Shown: positions 63,621 to 64,000 of the stretch, in pieces
How the letters are laid out: every line of letters begins with the position of its first letter
Position numbering within the stretch: position 1 is the first letter of the stretch
Assembly: GCF_964194155.1 (NCBI RefSeq)
Contig: NC_135901.1
Span: forward strand, 34,038,001 to 34,102,000
Direction: 5' to 3'
Source: Cetorhinus maximus
Lineage: Eukaryota
DNA: 64,000 nucleotides
Made by a program: the position numbers and the translations under genes
Notes under the pieces: model-generated
What the model was told of the DNA's origin: nothing
The model's input: only the letters and a program-made list of their open reading frames with translations
Database searches by the model: none

Positions 63621-63689
63621 AGAGATTCCTCTCTCACGGTTATGATCCCGAGAGACGCAAAAATGAGTCGAGCGAGACCATGAAGACTG

Positions 63690-64000
63690 CAAACTGGTCC
63701 TGTGTGGTTCAAGACTCTGGATACAGAGTGACAGAGAAACATTAACAACAAACTGGTTGTGTATGGGTCAAGACTCTAGATACAGGGTGACAGAGAAACA
63801 CAAACAACAAACTGGTCCTGTGAGGGTCAAGACTCCGGGTACAGAGTGACAGAGAAACACAAACAACAAACTGGTCCTGTGTGGGTCAATACTCTGGATA
63901 CAGGGTGACAGAGAAACAATAACAACAAACTGGTCCTGTGCGGGTCAAGACCCCAGGTACAGGGTGACAGAGAAACACAGACAACAAACTGGTCGTGTGT
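63690..64000. repeat. 59-bp tandem repeat, more than 5 units, runs off the window
   Basis: Unit caaactggtcctgtgtgggtcaagactctggatacagggtgacagagaaacacaaacaa. Confidence 0.92.

Noticed and set aside
63690-64000. CRISPR-like repeat/spacer pattern
   Set aside because: The variable parts are homologous to each other, the context is eukaryotic and there are no cas genes; it is a plain tandem repeat.

Overview
Vertebrate genomic DNA, most likely a cartilaginous fish (inferred from the repeat mix: HER1-like CR1 LINEs, L2, RTE, Penelope-like elements and DeuSINE fragments). The window is a tandem C2H2 zinc-finger (ZNF) gene cluster. It holds seven poly-ZNF arrays: 36 fingers at 1902-5108(-), 8 at 14443-15117(-), about 14 at 29216-30430(+), 10 at 35368-36237(+), 17 at 42972-44402(-), a frameshifted copy at 54274-54892(-) and a prematurely stopped copy at 62096-63274(+). 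Several gene remnants are also present. No KRAB, SCAN or BTB coding exon is recognisable. Every gene is built from the same cassette: a CpG-island promoter (CCAAT/GC boxes, NRF1-type GCGCATGCGC and YY1-type AAGATGGCGGC motifs, apparently bidirectional), an intron, a conserved splice acceptor and leader, a single finger-array exon and a conserved ~150-nt 3' UTR. In four genes the first three fingers lie upstream of the ORF behind shared UGA codons, and a TGEKP linker has become a Kozak-context start (accATGg, TMEKP). Intergenic DNA is dense in fragmented retroelements. Two Penelope-like families carry decayed minimal hammerhead-ribozyme motifs. There are also three decayed tRNA copies, mini/microsatellites and a possible Ig C1-set pseudo-exon. 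Repeat boundaries were read by eye and are approximate.
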